A stretch of DNA of 56,170 bases from the IMG/VR virus record IMGVR_UViG_3300032299_001035, one strand, 5' to 3'. The notes beneath the pieces are model-generated. The model saw only the letters and a program-made list of their open reading frames with translations. It did no database searches and was not told the DNA's origin. Origin of the DNA: an uncultured virus (IMG/VR IMGVR_UViG_3300032299_001035). Its lineage: Duplodnaviria; Heunggongvirae; Uroviricota; Caudoviricetes. The translations under genes and the position numbers were made by a program. Shown here piece by piece: positions 1 to 9,833 of the stretch (the stretch's first letter is position 1; each line of letters starts with the position of its first letter).

Positions 1-1619
1 AATATATTACACGTTTGTTTTGGGTTCAATCAAAAGCTCCTACACAACAAGTTGTACAAATTCCAGTTACTTGTGGATTAACATGTGATACTACTTACCG
101 TTTACGTATTGATGTAAAAGGTAGCCCAGCATTACGTTATTTATCTCACAATTTATACCGTGTATTGGATAGTTACACAGGATGTTGTTCAACAACTAAT
201 CCTGGTTTTGTAAAAGATCCAGTAGCTACAATTGTAAACTGGAAAGAACAATTAAATGCTTCTCCATATTTTAATAATATGGTTCAAGCTAGAGCATACA
301 AATTTAAAGGTAACTTTATTGTATCTGGTGTTGGTACACCTGGTGTTTCAAGTGCTACTTTAACATTTAATACATCAACAAATACAATGGGTGTTGCATT
401 AGGACAAAGAATTGTAGGTTCTACTTTACCTGCAAATAGTTTTGTTACTGCTATGACAACTACTGCTACAGCAACTCATAGTGCTACTGGTGTAACAATT
501 ACAACAACTACTTATACTGCTACAAATTCAGGTCCTACATTTAGTGGTGGTACTCCAGCAGCTGGAGCTGCTATTACAGGAGCAGGATTTCCTGTAGGTT
601 CTTATATTTCTACTTATACAGATACTGATACATTTGTTATTACATTTCCAACACAAACTGTAGCTCCTACAATTTCTGGTGCATTTGTTGCTTCTGCATC
701 ATGTGTTGTTTCATATCCTACACAAACTGTTGCTCCTTCTTTAGCTACAGGTACATATAAAGCATACAATGATGTATATGGTCCTTTTGGTAATACAGGA
801 GTTGTAACAAGTGTTGTAGGTACAGCTGTACAAAACAGTTATGTAGGTCAAGCTACGTATATTCCTGGAACTAATACACAAACTAATCCTAATGGTACTG
901 CAACTGGTGCTACTGTTGGTGCTGCTTCTACTGTAGCTGCTGCTACATCTGGTGCTCACGTATATGTAGCTGATGCTGATGCTGCTAGCTTTACTGCTGA
1001 TTGTTTCTTAGAATTAACATCTGCTTATGTAGAAACTAAATTTGGTAATGCTACATTTACTGTTACTGATAACTATGATGTTGAACCTCTTAAAATTATT
1101 GCTTCTGTAATGGATGATTCTGGTAATCCTTGTTTAACTACATGTATTGGTTCTTCTCCAAACATTGGTATTGCAGGTATTGCAACTGAAGTTCAAGCTG
1201 CTTCACAAGTACAAGGTGTCGGTGAAACAATCTTACGTGAATTAATTCTTACTGGTAAATACCGTCAAGAAGCATTTGGTGATGGTATTAACATTGATAC
1301 TTTCCGTATGAGAGAAATTGAAGCTAATCCTGGAGTTTTGAATATGATGTCTCTTGCTAATAGAAATTCATTATATAATAAATTCTGTATATTACACAGT
1401 GTACCACGTTTCAATAATCCTACTGGAGTATTTGATAATGATCAATATTTAATTGAAATTGCTGTTCCTAGCACAATTCCTATTACTCAATTTTTTACTA
1501 ATGCAACTTATACTTCTGGATCTACAAATTATGTTCCAACAGCAGGTACTGCTATTGGAGATTATATTCTTGAAGCATCAATTGCAGCAGGTGGAGCATC
1601 TGGTATTGATATGATCTAA
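1..1619 (+). CDS. 5'-truncated virion structural protein, probably auxiliary capsid protein (crAss gene-75-like position), with Thr/Gly/Ala-rich beta insertions
   Basis: The frame is open from base 3 (YITRLFWVQ...), so the start lies upstream. It has highly expressed-type codon use (cgt, ggt, gct) and is followed by a strong terminator. Its position at the end of the capsid block, before the tail genes, fits crAss gene order. Confidence 0.55.
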   Translation, partial: YITRLFWVQSKAPTQQVVQIPVTCGLTCDTTYRLRIDVKGSPALRYLSHNLYRVLDSYTGCCSTTNPGFVKDPVATIVNWKEQLNASPYFNNMVQARAYKFKGNFIVSGVGTPGVSSATLTFNTSTNTMGVALGQRIVGSTLPANSFVTAMTTTATATHSATGVTITTTTYTATNSGPTFSGGTPAAGAAITGAGFPVGSYISTYTDTDTFVITFPTQTVAPTISGAFVASASCVVSYPTQTVAPSLATGTYKAYNDVYGPFGNTGVVTSVVGTAVQNSYVGQATYIPGTNTQTNPNGTATGATVGAASTVAAATSGAHVYVADADAASFTADCFLELTSAYVETKFGNATFTVTDNYDVEPLKIIASVMDDSGNPCLTTCIGSSPNIGIAGIATEVQAASQVQGVGETILRELILTGKYRQEAFGDGINIDTFRMREIEANPGVLNMMSLANRNSLYNKFCILHSVPRFNNPTGVFDNDQYLIEIAVPSTIPITQFFTNATYTSGSTNYVPTAGTAIGDYILEASIAAGGASGIDMI

Positions 1620-1630
1620 TAAATTTTATA

Positions 1631-1673
1631 ACAAATAAGAAGGAGAGATTTTATTCTCTCCTTTTTTATTTGT
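1631..1673 (+). terminator. Rho-independent terminator, possibly bidirectional
   Basis: AAGGAGAGA-ttttat-TCTCTCCTT followed by a T-run; the flanks acaaataa/ttatttgt extend the stem. Confidence 0.85.
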
Positions 1674-1682
1674 ATATTTGTC

Positions 1683-1706
1683 ATAAATAATGTATATTTA
1701 ATATAT
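1683..1706 (+). promoter_or_regulatory. Putative phage late-promoter motif, copy 1
   Basis: ataaataatGTATATTTAATATAT resembles intergenic motifs at 6818, 13031, 24268, 28498 and 33839. Confidence 0.4.
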
Positions 1707-1720
1707 AAAACAAAATTAAA

Positions 1721-2317
1721 ATGCCTGTACAACATCAATTATATTTAGATATTCCGGAAACAAATAATGTCAGCATATTTAGAGTAGTTGATGCAAGTAT
1801 ATATGCATCAGATTTAGATGTAAAATGTGCTACATTACAAATTACATCTCCAGGTTTTACTGAACCTGCTGAAATTGATGTAACTACTTATGCTAGTAGT
1901 GGTATGGCATCTTTTAATTTAGTATTAAATGCTTGTACATTAGGTATTACATCTGGTAGTTGTAGTCCTGTGGCTCCTGCTTTACCTGATGGTGTATACA
2001 AAATAAAATATTCTGTTAGTCCAAATGATTTAGTTTATGTAGAATATTATCAATTAAGATTAACACAAACTTTAAATACTTATAATCAAGAATTATGTAA
2101 AATTGAACTTGCTGCTTGTGAACCATCAGCTGATACAAGAGCAAGACTTTCAGAATTAAGATTAATTAAGTCTTTTTTTGATGCAGCAAAAGTAAAAACA
2201 GAAGATTGTCATGATCCTGGTTTAGGTATGGATTTATTACTTTATGCTAAAAGAAGATTAGAAAGATATATAGGTGGTTGCAAAGATTGTTATAACAATT
2301 ACCACCATCATTATTAA
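1721..2317 (+). CDS. Conserved virion protein (crAss gene-74/73-like head-tail accessory), Ig-like N-part and helical C-part
   Basis: 198-aa ORF with a PDGVYKIKYSVSPND motif, located immediately after the capsid block. Confidence 0.5.
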   Translation: MPVQHQLYLDIPETNNVSIFRVVDASIYASDLDVKCATLQITSPGFTEPAEIDVTTYASSGMASFNLVLNACTLGITSGSCSPVAPALPDGVYKIKYSVSPNDLVYVEYYQLRLTQTLNTYNQELCKIELAACEPSADTRARLSELRLIKSFFDAAKVKTEDCHDPGLGMDLLLYAKRRLERYIGGCKDCYNNYHHHY

Positions 2318-2330
2318 AACCAAAATTAAA

Positions 2331-2486
2331 ATGAGAACATGTTCAAATTGTAGTACAGTCATAACATGTGGCTGTCAAGTAAAAACAGCAAGTGACGGAA
2401 AACAGGTATGCAATAATTGTATTAGTCATTATGAAAATAAATTAATACAAGTTGTTGCTCCAATAAATAATATTAACAATGAGTAA
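2331..2486 (+). CDS. Small Cys-rich, probably Zn-binding protein (51 aa)
   Basis: The ATG at 2331 follows caaaattaaa, the same leader as the 1721 gene. Protein: MRTCSNC...CGCQ...CNNC. The track start at 2274 overlaps the upstream gene and is less likely. Confidence 0.7.
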   Translation: MRTCSNCSTVITCGCQVKTASDGKQVCNNCISHYENKLIQVVAPINNINNE

Positions 2487-3087
2487 TATACTATTAAATA
2501 AAGACAGATATAAAGAAGAATTTTCTAACTGTATGGTAGAAAATTTTAATTATAATAATTATGGCATTCAGTGTGCACCAACTCCTGTTGATTGTGAATT
2601 AGCTCAACTTAGATATGAAATATTAAAATGGGCAGAAAATGAAGATTCAGGAGCATTAACACAAATTAGTGTAGCATATATGTCATGGTTGCCTGTCACA
2701 TTTAATGGTAATCCAGCTGCTTACATTGGTGGATTTACTTCAGCAGGACAAACTTGTTCAGGTGGTCCTATTATTCCATGTTGTGATTTAGGATTTTCTT
2801 ATCCTACAAATAATGGAAATGTAAATGTTGTAGATGTAAATGTTGGTGGGTGTTGTACAAGAATTAATATAAATCCTAATATAACAATAAATGGTGGTTC
2901 ATATCAGTACTATATTCCTACTGCTTCTGCTGTTTGGAATATTTCTCATAATCTTGGGTTTGTACCTAATGTACTTACTACTGACTTATCTGGTAATGAA
3001 ATTTCTGGAGTGGTTACAAATGCTACTATATCTATTTTACAAATAACATTTTCAGAACCTGTTTCAGGTTATGCTTATTTATCATAA
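2479..3087 (+). CDS. Virion/tail accessory protein
   Basis: 202 aa. The C-terminal WNISHNLGFVPNV...ITFSEPVSGYAYL module is a common small phage tail beta-domain. Translationally coupled on both sides. Confidence 0.6.
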   Translation: MSNILLNKDRYKEEFSNCMVENFNYNNYGIQCAPTPVDCELAQLRYEILKWAENEDSGALTQISVAYMSWLPVTFNGNPAAYIGGFTSAGQTCSGGPIIPCCDLGFSYPTNNGNVNVVDVNVGGCCTRININPNITINGGSYQYYIPTASAVWNISHNLGFVPNVLTTDLSGNEISGVVTNATISILQITFSEPVSGYAYLS

Positions 3088-3827
3088 TGCCTAGTATAGA
3101 CAAAAAATATTATCATAATCTTGACATTGATTCAAATGAAATCAAAGCAGGTAGAATATATAATTTAACTACTACACAAAGAAATGCATTAAGTTTAACT
3201 ACAACTGATAAAGGATACCTTGTATATGATATAACATTATTGTCATTATTTGTATGGAATGGTACAGCTTGGACATCAGCAGGTGGTGGTTCACAAAATT
3301 TACAACAAGTTACAACAACAGGTAATACTACTACTAATAATATTATATTAAATAGTACAACTGGGGAATATCCAAATAATGGTGTTTCACAAAATACTAT
3401 TGCTGATAATACAGTTAGTATTAATTTTTCTAATACACTATATAATCTTACAAGTTTATTAGGTGCTAATTCTTTACAACTTTCATATAATGATGGTACA
3501 ATAAATACAAATTCATCAATAGGTACTAATTCTTTAATTTTAAGTTATTCTAATTCATTAATTAGTAATGATAATGGAAGTGTAGAATTATCAGCTATAG
3601 ATTTTAGTGGTTCTGCTTTTTTATCATTAACTAATAAATTAGGTTCAACAGGTATTTTAAAAGTTACAAATTTAACAAATATTTTTGTAACATTACAATT
3701 TCCTAATGAAATTAACGGTGATTACACAATTCCTACAAATGTAAATGGAACTTATGCAGATTCAACTGGAAAAATAACACTTGCTACAGCAAGTTTTGAA
3801 CAAAATTTTTTATTAATGGGAGCATAA
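3087..3827 (+). CDS. Tail fibre-like protein
   Basis: Contains LTTTQRNAL..GYLVYD..WNGTAW and QNLQQVTTTGNTT fibre motifs and a C-terminal FLLMGA. TAATG coupling with the upstream gene. Confidence 0.6.
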   Translation: MPSIDKKYYHNLDIDSNEIKAGRIYNLTTTQRNALSLTTTDKGYLVYDITLLSLFVWNGTAWTSAGGGSQNLQQVTTTGNTTTNNIILNSTTGEYPNNGVSQNTIADNTVSINFSNTLYNLTSLLGANSLQLSYNDGTINTNSSIGTNSLILSYSNSLISNDNGSVELSAIDFSGSAFLSLTNKLGSTGILKVTNLTNIFVTLQFPNEINGDYTIPTNVNGTYADSTGKITLATASFEQNFLLMGA

Positions 3828-3831
3828 AATT

Positions 3832-4161
3832 ATGGGAAACGTATACAAAATATTAGGACAAAGTAGTCCATCAGCAACAACAGTAACAGATTTATATACT
3901 GTTCCTTCTGCTACATCAACTGTATGTAGTTCTATTAGTATATGTAATAGAGGAGCTACACAAACAACATTTAGAATTTCTATATCTGCTGGTGGTGTTC
4001 CAATAACTAATAAAGACTATCTTTATTATGATGTAACATTGGCAGGTAATGATACATTTATTGCTACAATAGGTGTAACACTTGCAACTACAGATAAAAT
4101 AAGAGTTTATTCAGGAAACAGTAACCTATCATTTCAAGTTTGGGGTACAGAAATTAGTTAA
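3832..4161 (+). CDS. Small virion beta-sandwich protein (fibre-associated)
   Basis: YKILGQSSPSATTVTDLYTVP...FQVWGTEIS resembles a family common in aquatic phages. Confidence 0.6.
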   Translation: MGNVYKILGQSSPSATTVTDLYTVPSATSTVCSSISICNRGATQTTFRISISAGGVPITNKDYLYYDVTLAGNDTFIATIGVTLATTDKIRVYSGNSNLSFQVWGTEIS

Positions 4162-4163
4162 TT

Positions 4164-5405
4164 ATGGCACAAAATTATTCAGGATATAATATAATAAGCC
4201 CAGCTATTTCATATAGCAATTCTCCAAATATAGATGCATTTGGTAGATTAAGAGTTAGTGAACCATTTACATTATTTGATTCAAGTCATAGATATGCAGA
4301 TAATGGATTGTGGGCTACATCTACTGCTACAAGTGGAACAACAACATTTAATTCTGCTCAAGGATTAGTTGATCTTGCTGTAACATCAGCATCAGGTTCT
4401 GAAGTTATTAGAGAAACTGTAAAAGTGTTTTCTTATCAACCTGGTAAAAGTTTATTAGTACTTAGTACTTTTGTAATGAGCCCTGCTAAAACAAATCTTA
4501 GACAAAGAATTGGATATTATGGAGCAGCTAATGGTTATTATTTAGAACAAAGTAATAGCACAGTTAGTTTTGTTGAAAGAACTTCAATTTCAGGTTCATT
4601 AGTAAATACACCTATTGCTCAATCAAGTTGGAATGTTGATCCTATGAATGGAACAGGTCCTAGTGGAATAACACTTGATTTAACAAAAGCTCAAATTTTA
4701 TTTATGGATCTTGAGTGGTTAGGAGTGGGAACAGTTAGAATGGGTTTTGTTATAGATGGTAATTTTTATGTTTGTCATAAATTTCATCATGCTAATATAA
4801 TTGCATCTACATATATTACTACTGCTTCTTTACCATTAAGATATGAAATAACAAATACAGGTGCTACAAGTGGAGCAAGTACATTAAAACAAATATGTTC
4901 TACTGTATTATCTGAAGGAGGATATGAACTTCGTGGTTCACAACAAGCTGTAGGTACACCAATAACTTCTCCTAAAACTTTAACAACAGCAGGTACATTT
5001 TATCCTATAGTTTCTATAAGACTTAAATCTACAAGATTGGATGCTATAGCTTTAGCTACTGCTATTTCTGTAATAGGTAATACACAAGCTAATTTTAATT
5101 GGCAAGTAGTAGTAGCAGGAACAACAACAGGTGGTTCATGGGTAAGTGCAGGAACAAATTCTTCTGTAGAATATAATTTAACAGGAACATCTTTTACAGG
5201 AGGTAGAATTATTGCATCAGGTTATTTTACAGCTACATCAAGTACAAGTGTATCTGTTGATATATTAAGAGCAGCACTGTTTAGTAATCAATTAGAAAGA
5301 GATGGATTAACAGGAACTCCTTATGAATTTACATTAAATTTAGCAGCAGGAACAAATAATGAAACTGTATTTGCATCAATGGATTGGGAAGAAATAAGTA
5401 GATAA
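4164..5405 (+). CDS. Virion protein with probable lectin/ConA-like fold (putative receptor-binding)
   Basis: DAFGRLRVSEPFTLFDS, YQPGKS and EWLGVGTVRMG motifs of a widespread aquatic phage family; Ser/Thr/Gly-rich beta composition. Confidence 0.55.
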   Translation: MAQNYSGYNIISPAISYSNSPNIDAFGRLRVSEPFTLFDSSHRYADNGLWATSTATSGTTTFNSAQGLVDLAVTSASGSEVIRETVKVFSYQPGKSLLVLSTFVMSPAKTNLRQRIGYYGAANGYYLEQSNSTVSFVERTSISGSLVNTPIAQSSWNVDPMNGTGPSGITLDLTKAQILFMDLEWLGVGTVRMGFVIDGNFYVCHKFHHANIIASTYITTASLPLRYEITNTGATSGASTLKQICSTVLSEGGYELRGSQQAVGTPITSPKTLTTAGTFYPIVSIRLKSTRLDAIALATAISVIGNTQANFNWQVVVAGTTTGGSWVSAGTNSSVEYNLTGTSFTGGRIIASGYFTATSSTSVSVDILRAALFSNQLERDGLTGTPYEFTLNLAAGTNNETVFASMDWEEISR

Positions 5406-5422
5406 TAAAAAAAATATAAAAA

Positions 5423-6427
5423 ATGGCACAAGGAACTACAAGAGGTATACCAATTGATACAGATGTAACATTATCTGCTGATAGTGATATGCTTGTAGCT
5501 TCACAAAAAGCTGTTAAAACATATGCTGATACAAAAATATCATCTATAATAGGTACTTCTCCTATAGTTTCTTCAGGAGGAACAACTCCTAGTATATCTA
5601 TACCACAAGCAACTAGTTCTGTAAATGGTTATCTTAGTTCTACCGATTGGTCTACATTTAATGGTAAAGGAAATGGAGATATGGTATTAGCTTCTGCACA
5701 AACTAATTCTGGAGCTAAAACATTTTTAGACACAAGTTTATTATTAAGAAATGTAGCAAATACATTTAACGGTTCTTTTACAAATACTAATACAGCAGAT
5801 AGGGTTTATACTTTACCAGATACTACAACAGCATTAGCAGGTTTAGCTGTGGCAAATACTTTTACAGAAAGACAAACAATAACACCTGCTTCTTTAACAG
5901 GATCATCAGCAACTTCTGCATTAAGTATTACTCAAACATTAAATACATCAGGTGCTCCTGATATTATAAGTTTAGCTATTACTAATACTGCTAGTAGTAC
6001 TGCTACAAACTTAATTAATTGTAAAGTAGATAATGTATCTGCTTTTAGTGTAAATAGATTTGGTGCTACTAGAATTGGATTAGTAAGTGGTAATAACTGG
6101 ACATTTTCAAGTAATCAATTGATTAGTTCACAAAATGCTAATATAGCTGCTTCGGGAAATGTAATATTAAGTACATCTGCTTATGTTGGGGGTATTCAAG
6201 CTAATGCTTCTGGTGCAAAAGCTTGTGATACAGGTGTAAGTACTGCAATTACAACTTCTGCTGTATTTGAAGTTGTTTCTACTACTAAAGGTTTTTTACC
6301 ACCTAGAATGACAAGTGCTCAACGTTTAGCAATATCAAGTCCTGCAACAGGATTAATAGTTTATCAAACAGATGCTGTAGAAGGATTATATATAAGAAAA
6401 TCTACCGGTTGGACATTTATAATATAA
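5423..6427 (+). CDS. Tail fibre/spike protein
   Basis: Contains SQKAVKTY and GYLSSTDWSTFNGK fibre motifs and a C-terminal STTKGFLPPRMT..QRLAISSPATGLIVYQTD module typical of Bacteroidota and their phages. Confidence 0.65.
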   Translation: MAQGTTRGIPIDTDVTLSADSDMLVASQKAVKTYADTKISSIIGTSPIVSSGGTTPSISIPQATSSVNGYLSSTDWSTFNGKGNGDMVLASAQTNSGAKTFLDTSLLLRNVANTFNGSFTNTNTADRVYTLPDTTTALAGLAVANTFTERQTITPASLTGSSATSALSITQTLNTSGAPDIISLAITNTASSTATNLINCKVDNVSAFSVNRFGATRIGLVSGNNWTFSSNQLISSQNANIAASGNVILSTSAYVGGIQANASGAKACDTGVSTAITTSAVFEVVSTTKGFLPPRMTSAQRLAISSPATGLIVYQTDAVEGLYIRKSTGWTFII

Positions 6428-6444
6428 AAATAATAATAATAAAA

Positions 6445-6786
6445 ATGGCAATACTAACATTAAAATCAAAAGTAAAAGTTCGTACAAGTGTAGTTAATAC
6501 AGCATCATTAGATTATATACTTATGGATATAGAAGAAGAATCCCGTAATTCATTAGCTATAACTGTTACAGGTAAATACAAAGAATATGAAACAAATGAA
6601 TTTATAAAATCTTTTAATTTTTCAGTAACAAATAATTTAGCAAATCAATTAGGAGAATCAATAATTGTACCAAATGGCACTTCTTTAATTAATACAAGAA
6701 ATTTACAGTTAACAGAAGGTGTTTTGTCAATATTAGAACAATATAAAGATTTTGGTTTAAATGCTATTGATTGGGAAATAATATAA
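6445..6786 (+). CDS. Hypothetical protein, possibly a fibre assembly chaperone
   Basis: ATG at 6445 after an A-rich leader; the track start at 6409 overlaps the upstream gene. Lies directly after a fibre gene. Confidence 0.55.
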   Translation: MAILTLKSKVKVRTSVVNTASLDYILMDIEEESRNSLAITVTGKYKEYETNEFIKSFNFSVTNNLANQLGESIIVPNGTSLINTRNLQLTEGVLSILEQYKDFGLNAIDWEII

Positions 6787-6831
6787 TTACTTTTTTTGAA
6801 AAATAGATAAAAAAAGTGTATATTATATTAT

Positions 6832-7110
6832 ATGAAACCAGTTAAATCAAATTTAGCAGACATCAGTTGTGCACCTGTTGCATCTAATTGTGTTATCTGG
6901 GATGGTCCAGATTTATGTTGTATTCCAGAATGTGCAGGTGATACAATGAGTAATGTTATGTTTAAAACTTCTCAAGAAGTATGTCATCATAAAGCATTAC
7001 TTGATTTATCAGTTTTAAATTTAGGAGACTTAGCTCCTTTACCTGGTGATGGTACAAGAACCCTTGCAAATGTATTACAAGCTATTATTAACAGAATACA
7101 AAATCCATAA
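6832..7110 (+). CDS. Small Cys-rich structural protein
   Basis: The CAPVASNCVIWDGPDLCC module is shared with the 8349 and 9834 proteins. Confidence 0.65.
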   Translation: MKPVKSNLADISCAPVASNCVIWDGPDLCCIPECAGDTMSNVMFKTSQEVCHHKALLDLSVLNLGDLAPLPGDGTRTLANVLQAIINRIQNP

Positions 7111-8336
7111 TGGCTACACCTAAAATAGACATATTAGTAAATTTATTACAGCAGCTTCAACCAGATCCTGCAACTACTACTGTACCCTTAAATGATGCTG
7201 ATCAACCTTTAGATTATTCTAGATTAATTGGTAATAAAGTTATTAGTCATGATAATAGTATTGGACAATTAACAAGTAGTTTAAATAGTTTATATAGTGC
7301 TATTACTATTTTACAAGGTGATGTTACAAATTTATATGGTGCTGTTAATCCTGTTCCTGATTTTGCATTTTCTGGAATAATGGGAAATGATTTATTATAT
7401 AGTATAGAAGATATTACATTAGAAATTGGAAATCAATTTCTTACATTAAAAAATAATACTGGAAATAGTACAGAAATAAATCAAGCAATAGCTTATCAAA
7501 ATCAATTATATTCTCCAAATACATTAGCTTCAAGACAATCATTAAGTAATCCTTCTGTTACAATGTCATCATTATCTGGTTGGGTTCCTGCTCCAGGACC
7601 AACTAATATAGCTGGTACATTAAAAAATATGTGGGTTACTGTAAATGATATGAGATTAGCAACTAGTAATTATTTAACATATAGAGGAGTATCAAGTTGT
7701 TCAGCAGTTAGTATTAATTATTCAGTTGTTGTTAATATTCCTAATCAAAGTATTACTTTATTTTTTGTAGGTAATTCTACTATTCCAGAAGGTTTTGTAG
7801 ATGTTAATAGTATAGGAGGATCTTTAACAATAACAGATGGTTCAACTACACCAAATGTATTTACAACATTTGTTAATGTAAGTCAAGCTAATAATAATAC
7901 TGGTGGTGTTACAATAAATTTATCTGGAACTAATATTAATTTATATACAACATTAAGTTTATCTTTAGTATATAATTTAACTAATAATGATTTAACTTGT
8001 AATGGAACAGTACCTACAAAAATAATTAGTCCTATTGCTACCCCTTGTGTTGCAGGTAGTATAACTCCTTTATCTGCAACATCATTTACAGCTAATTATT
8101 TTTTACAAATAGTAAATCAAATTATTACGTATAAAATAGAAACTTTTACTAATCCTGAATGCACAACTCTTGTTTCAGGTAGTGCACAAACATTTACAAA
8201 TCCTACAATAAATACTATTAATTATACAATATCAGGATTAACAACAGCTACAACTTATTATGTTAGAATGAGTGTTAGCATTGGAGGTAATACTTATGTA
8301 AACTGCCCTAATATTCAATCCATTAGAACCTTATAA
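7110..8336 (+). CDS. Structural protein with N-terminal coiled coil and C-terminal FN3-like domain
   Basis: Heptad segment IGQLTSSLNSLYSAITILQGDVTNL; C-terminal ISGLTTATTYYVRM is an FN3 signature. Confidence 0.6.
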   Translation: MATPKIDILVNLLQQLQPDPATTTVPLNDADQPLDYSRLIGNKVISHDNSIGQLTSSLNSLYSAITILQGDVTNLYGAVNPVPDFAFSGIMGNDLLYSIEDITLEIGNQFLTLKNNTGNSTEINQAIAYQNQLYSPNTLASRQSLSNPSVTMSSLSGWVPAPGPTNIAGTLKNMWVTVNDMRLATSNYLTYRGVSSCSAVSINYSVVVNIPNQSITLFFVGNSTIPEGFVDVNSIGGSLTITDGSTTPNVFTTFVNVSQANNNTGGVTINLSGTNINLYTTLSLSLVYNLTNNDLTCNGTVPTKIISPIATPCVAGSITPLSATSFTANYFLQIVNQIITYKIETFTNPECTTLVSGSAQTFTNPTINTINYTISGLTTATTYYVRMSVSIGGNTYVNCPNIQSIRTL

Positions 8337-8348
8337 AATATTTAAAAT

Positions 8349-9824
8349 ATGTCATGCGGCTGCTCAAATACAACACCTATAACAACTACTACAAATTGTG
8401 GTAGTTGTGGTTACAATTGTTCAAATTGTACATGTTCTACTAATCCTATTATTGAACCTGATGTGGTTTGTTCAGATCCAGAACCATGTAGTGAATTATT
8501 TCCATTAGAATGTGTAATATATACAGGAGAAGATATATCATGTGAAGCAACAGCTAATACATTATATCCTAACGTATTACACTATGTTGTATTAGAAAAT
8601 TCAAGTACTACTGCAAGAAATTTTGTAAGTATATTAAATAATATTAATGCACAATTATGTTATTTATTTTCAAAAGATTATATTTCTCAATTTTTAACAA
8701 ATATTCAAAATGATCAAACATTAAATAGATTATTTTGTAATATAGTATCTGCTTGTAATTGTTCATGTACTATAACATGTGCTACAGTTAATACAGCAAC
8801 ATATAACTCAAGTACATCTCCAAATACTATTGATGTTAATTTTACACAAGTTATTGGAGCAACTATTAAAACTTTTACTGGATCAATTAGTGGAAATATA
8901 CTTACAATAACACAAAATCCTGGATCAATATCATTTGCAGCAGGACAAAAAATAACAGGAACAAATGTTGCTTCTAATACATTTATTACAGGACCAGGAG
9001 CTGGATCAACTTGGTTATTAAGCCAACCATCAAATGTTTCATCACAAAGTTTAACAGCTACTCATGTTACATATATAGTATCTATATATAAATTTTTAAA
9101 TAATAATTATTATTATTTAAATAATCAAAGTAATGGTTTTATTTTTCCAGCTAACAGTAATACACTTGCTACAGCAAGCGTACCTGTTACAGGTACAGGA
9201 AATAGCAATGCAACTCCTTGGCTTGTATCTATTGAAGCAACTGATTTATTTGCAAGTGGTACATGTAAAAGTGGTTATTATAATAACAATTCAGCAATTG
9301 TTGTAACACCTGGTACTTGTGGGTTTGGTCAAACTACACCTGCACAAACTTTAACTTGTTTTGATAGCTGTATTCCAAAATGTACATCACAAACCGGACC
9401 AAATCAAAATTGTTCAACTTATTGGACTACAAATTCTAGCGGTAATTTAGATTTTAGATTTTATCATAATATTTCTCTTCAATCAAACGTTTATTTGCCA
9501 GATACTTATACAATTCATTGGTATAAAATGACATCAATAAATCTTTCTGGTGTTAAAAAATATACAATGGTAAATTCAAATGATTATTATACAACACCAA
9601 CTCTTTCTGTTGTTTCTCAATTTATTAATGTAACAACTAATATACCAGCAAGTAGTCAACCATCAGAATGGCTTTTATTAGTTACAGCTAATTATACTAC
9701 TGATCCTATTGCAATAGCAAATTGTAATACTGGTTATGCAGTTAGAAAAGAATTAGGTACTTATTATTTAAGCACTGAAATAGATGGTAGTAACTGTAAT
9801 TCATTTATTTATATTATTCAATAA
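8349..9824 (+). CDS. Cys-rich structural/fibre protein
   Basis: MSCGC...CGSCGYNCSNCTC N-terminus, CVIYTGEDISC module, Thr/Asn-rich beta body. Confidence 0.6.
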   Translation: MSCGCSNTTPITTTTNCGSCGYNCSNCTCSTNPIIEPDVVCSDPEPCSELFPLECVIYTGEDISCEATANTLYPNVLHYVVLENSSTTARNFVSILNNINAQLCYLFSKDYISQFLTNIQNDQTLNRLFCNIVSACNCSCTITCATVNTATYNSSTSPNTIDVNFTQVIGATIKTFTGSISGNILTITQNPGSISFAAGQKITGTNVASNTFITGPGAGSTWLLSQPSNVSSQSLTATHVTYIVSIYKFLNNNYYYLNNQSNGFIFPANSNTLATASVPVTGTGNSNATPWLVSIEATDLFASGTCKSGYYNNNSAIVVTPGTCGFGQTTPAQTLTCFDSCIPKCTSQTGPNQNCSTYWTTNSSGNLDFRFYHNISLQSNVYLPDTYTIHWYKMTSINLSGVKKYTMVNSNDYYTTPTLSVVSQFINVTTNIPASSQPSEWLLLVTANYTTDPIAIANCNTGYAVRKELGTYYLSTEIDGSNCNSFIYIIQ

Positions 9825-9833
9825 TAAATACTA

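Noticed and set aside
1..1619. Major capsid protein call for ORF1
   Set aside because: No HK97-fold or crAss MCP motifs were recognised; the composition fits an auxiliary or decoration protein better.
1673..1680. Bacteroidota -7 promoter element TATATTTG
   Set aside because: It matches TAnnTTTG but abuts the terminator tail and lacks a clear -33 TTTG; a single match is insufficient in AT-rich DNA.
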